From the human T2T-CHM13v2.0 reference genome, Homo sapiens: 64,000 nucleotides of DNA. The translations under genes and the position numbers were made by a program. Shown piece after piece: positions 62,126-64,000 of the stretch (positions are counted from its first letter, which is position 1; each line of letters opens with the position of its first letter). The DNA lies in NCBI RefSeq assembly GCF_009914755.1, contig NC_060947.1. One strand, given 5' to 3'. Below the pieces are notes generated by a model. It was given only the letters and a program-made list of their open reading frames with translations. It was not told the origin of the DNA and made no database searches.

Positions 62126-62538
62126 ATTCTAGCAATAATTATTCAGTTGTGGCAATGGCATTTTTAAATAGATCATCAATGGAAAAGTCCTTTTAGACAG
62201 TTCCCTTTTTTCATGTGTCCAGCGTTTGAACTCTCAAATAAATTATCTTCTATGATACTAGTCTTAGATGAATGTCTTTTAGTCAGGCTAGAGTAACTCT
62301 TGCTTTACAGGGCAAGGCAAATACATCAAGACATTGAAATTAGGCTTAAGCAAACATTATGGTTTACGACTCAAATTAACCAATCTTTGTTAGTATATTT
62401 TATTGATGAATCCACTTCTCATTTTCCCAGGCCCCATGGACAGTTGTTACAAATGCAGACTTCTCTAGGGCTTTACTGTTTTTGACCTTGGTAAACCTAT
62501 GTGTTTTGCCTCAAGTTGGTGGGCAGTTTTCATATGCT

Positions 62539-62557
62539 GTGTGTGTGTGTGTGTGTG
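62539..62557. repeat. (TG)n microsatellite
   Basis: Direct reading. Confidence 0.9.
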
Positions 62558-62692
62558 ATGCTTTTAAAAGAATTAGTCAAGTTATACAACTTTCGTAGAG
62601 GATCCTCTGTTGATAATAATTGGGAAGGGGTAGGTTTCTGGAGCACTTATTTGGTTTATTTGGTTTAGCTCACAGACAAGAAAACAAGAAGC

Positions 62693-63065
<373 letters not shown>

Positions 63066-63547
63066 TTAAGGTGAATATGGGAAAAGTTAACTTTATTACC
63101 AGGAAGTAAGCAATCAATGTTTGAAAAATGCTGTATTAAAGTTTGAGTAGTAGTATAATATGCCAATTATTATTATAAAATGACAACTGTCTCCAAACTG
63201 GAGTATTAAAGCATAATTTAAAACCATTAGTTTCTCTACCTAAGTAATGTAGCTTACATATCTACCTTAATTTTGGAACTGAAGTATTTTGGCTCTTTAT
63301 GAATAGTCATTATGTCCTTCTGCAGTGTTCCAGAGGAACACTGCCTTCCAAAGTCTGGCCACCTGCATGAGGATATCCTCAGCTGAGAGTTTGAACAGAT
63401 GAACATGTGGCACATCTAATAGAGAGGTGTAATGTTTCACCAAGAAGAAGAGCTGGTTGTCATGAGTTAGTCCTGCAGAGAGCGGGAGATTTCAGAGTGG
63501 CCAACAGCAGTATGAGTAGTTAGAGGCTCAGTTAGAGTATCAGGGAA

Positions 63548-64000
63548 AGCAGCATTATGTAGTAGTTAAAAGCAAAGCCTCTAGAGTAAAACAGACCCGG
63601 ATTCAAGTATTACTTCTACCACTCATTTTCTGTGCATAACCTTAAGCAAGTTGCTCAACATTTCAGAATCTCAGTCTCCTCCTCTCTAAAGGAAAGGTGA
63701 TGATAATGAACTTAAATCATTGGGGGCTGTTATGAGGATTAAATGAGCTTATGCATGAACGCTCTTTGCACAGTAACACTAAGTGATAGTTATTAATCCT
63801 CCACCAGTATCACCCTGTCTAGGCAAGCCCCTGGAAAAATCCTACTAATTCTGTAAGGATTATCTCCAAACTTTTCTTCATGCCCTGGTGATACTTTGAA
63901 CCTCTCTTATGGCACTTTTCCTGTTTTTCTGTTTCTTACAATTATAAATATACTTGCCTAATCTCTTCCTGCTAGACTGAAAGTAACTTGAGGGTAGAGA
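63548..64000 (+). mobile_element. MIR (~63548-63795) followed by an L2 3' fragment
   Basis: gcagcattatgtagtagttaa...ccttaagcaagttgctcaac...ttatgaggattaaatgag; ctagactgaaag...ttgagggtagaga. Confidence 0.7.

Overview
Primate (human-like) non-coding genomic DNA, AT-rich and dominated by transposable-element relics; it is not prokaryotic. I found no cellular protein-coding exon. Every long ORF is a fragment of LINE-1 ORF1, ORF2 or ORF0, or an antisense or Alu artefact. The window holds seven primate-era L1 insertions: one full-length, three that keep the 5'UTR but have large internal deletions, one 5'-truncated, and two 5'-inverted (twin-primed), one of them nested in another L1. It also holds older L1M, L2, MIR, MaLR LTRs (MLT1/MST/THE1), DNA-transposon fossils and five Alus. 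The only gene-like signal is a GC/CpG-enriched region at ~21.1-22.2 kb with outward-facing splice donors on both strands, which suggests a head-to-head promoter; much of the rest may be intronic. The most notable observations are: (i) a complex templated insertion at 39.56-39.98 kb (snap-back hairpin, inverted 101-bp copy and 13-bp duplication); (ii) patchy gene conversion between two neighbouring L1s that share a private 4-bp frameshift; (iii) an L1 ORF0 extended to 160 aa that reads out of the element; (iv) an in-frame ORF1-ORF2 chimeric ORF. Subfamily names come from remembered diagnostic motifs, not from a RepeatMasker run, and boundaries of old repeats are approximate.
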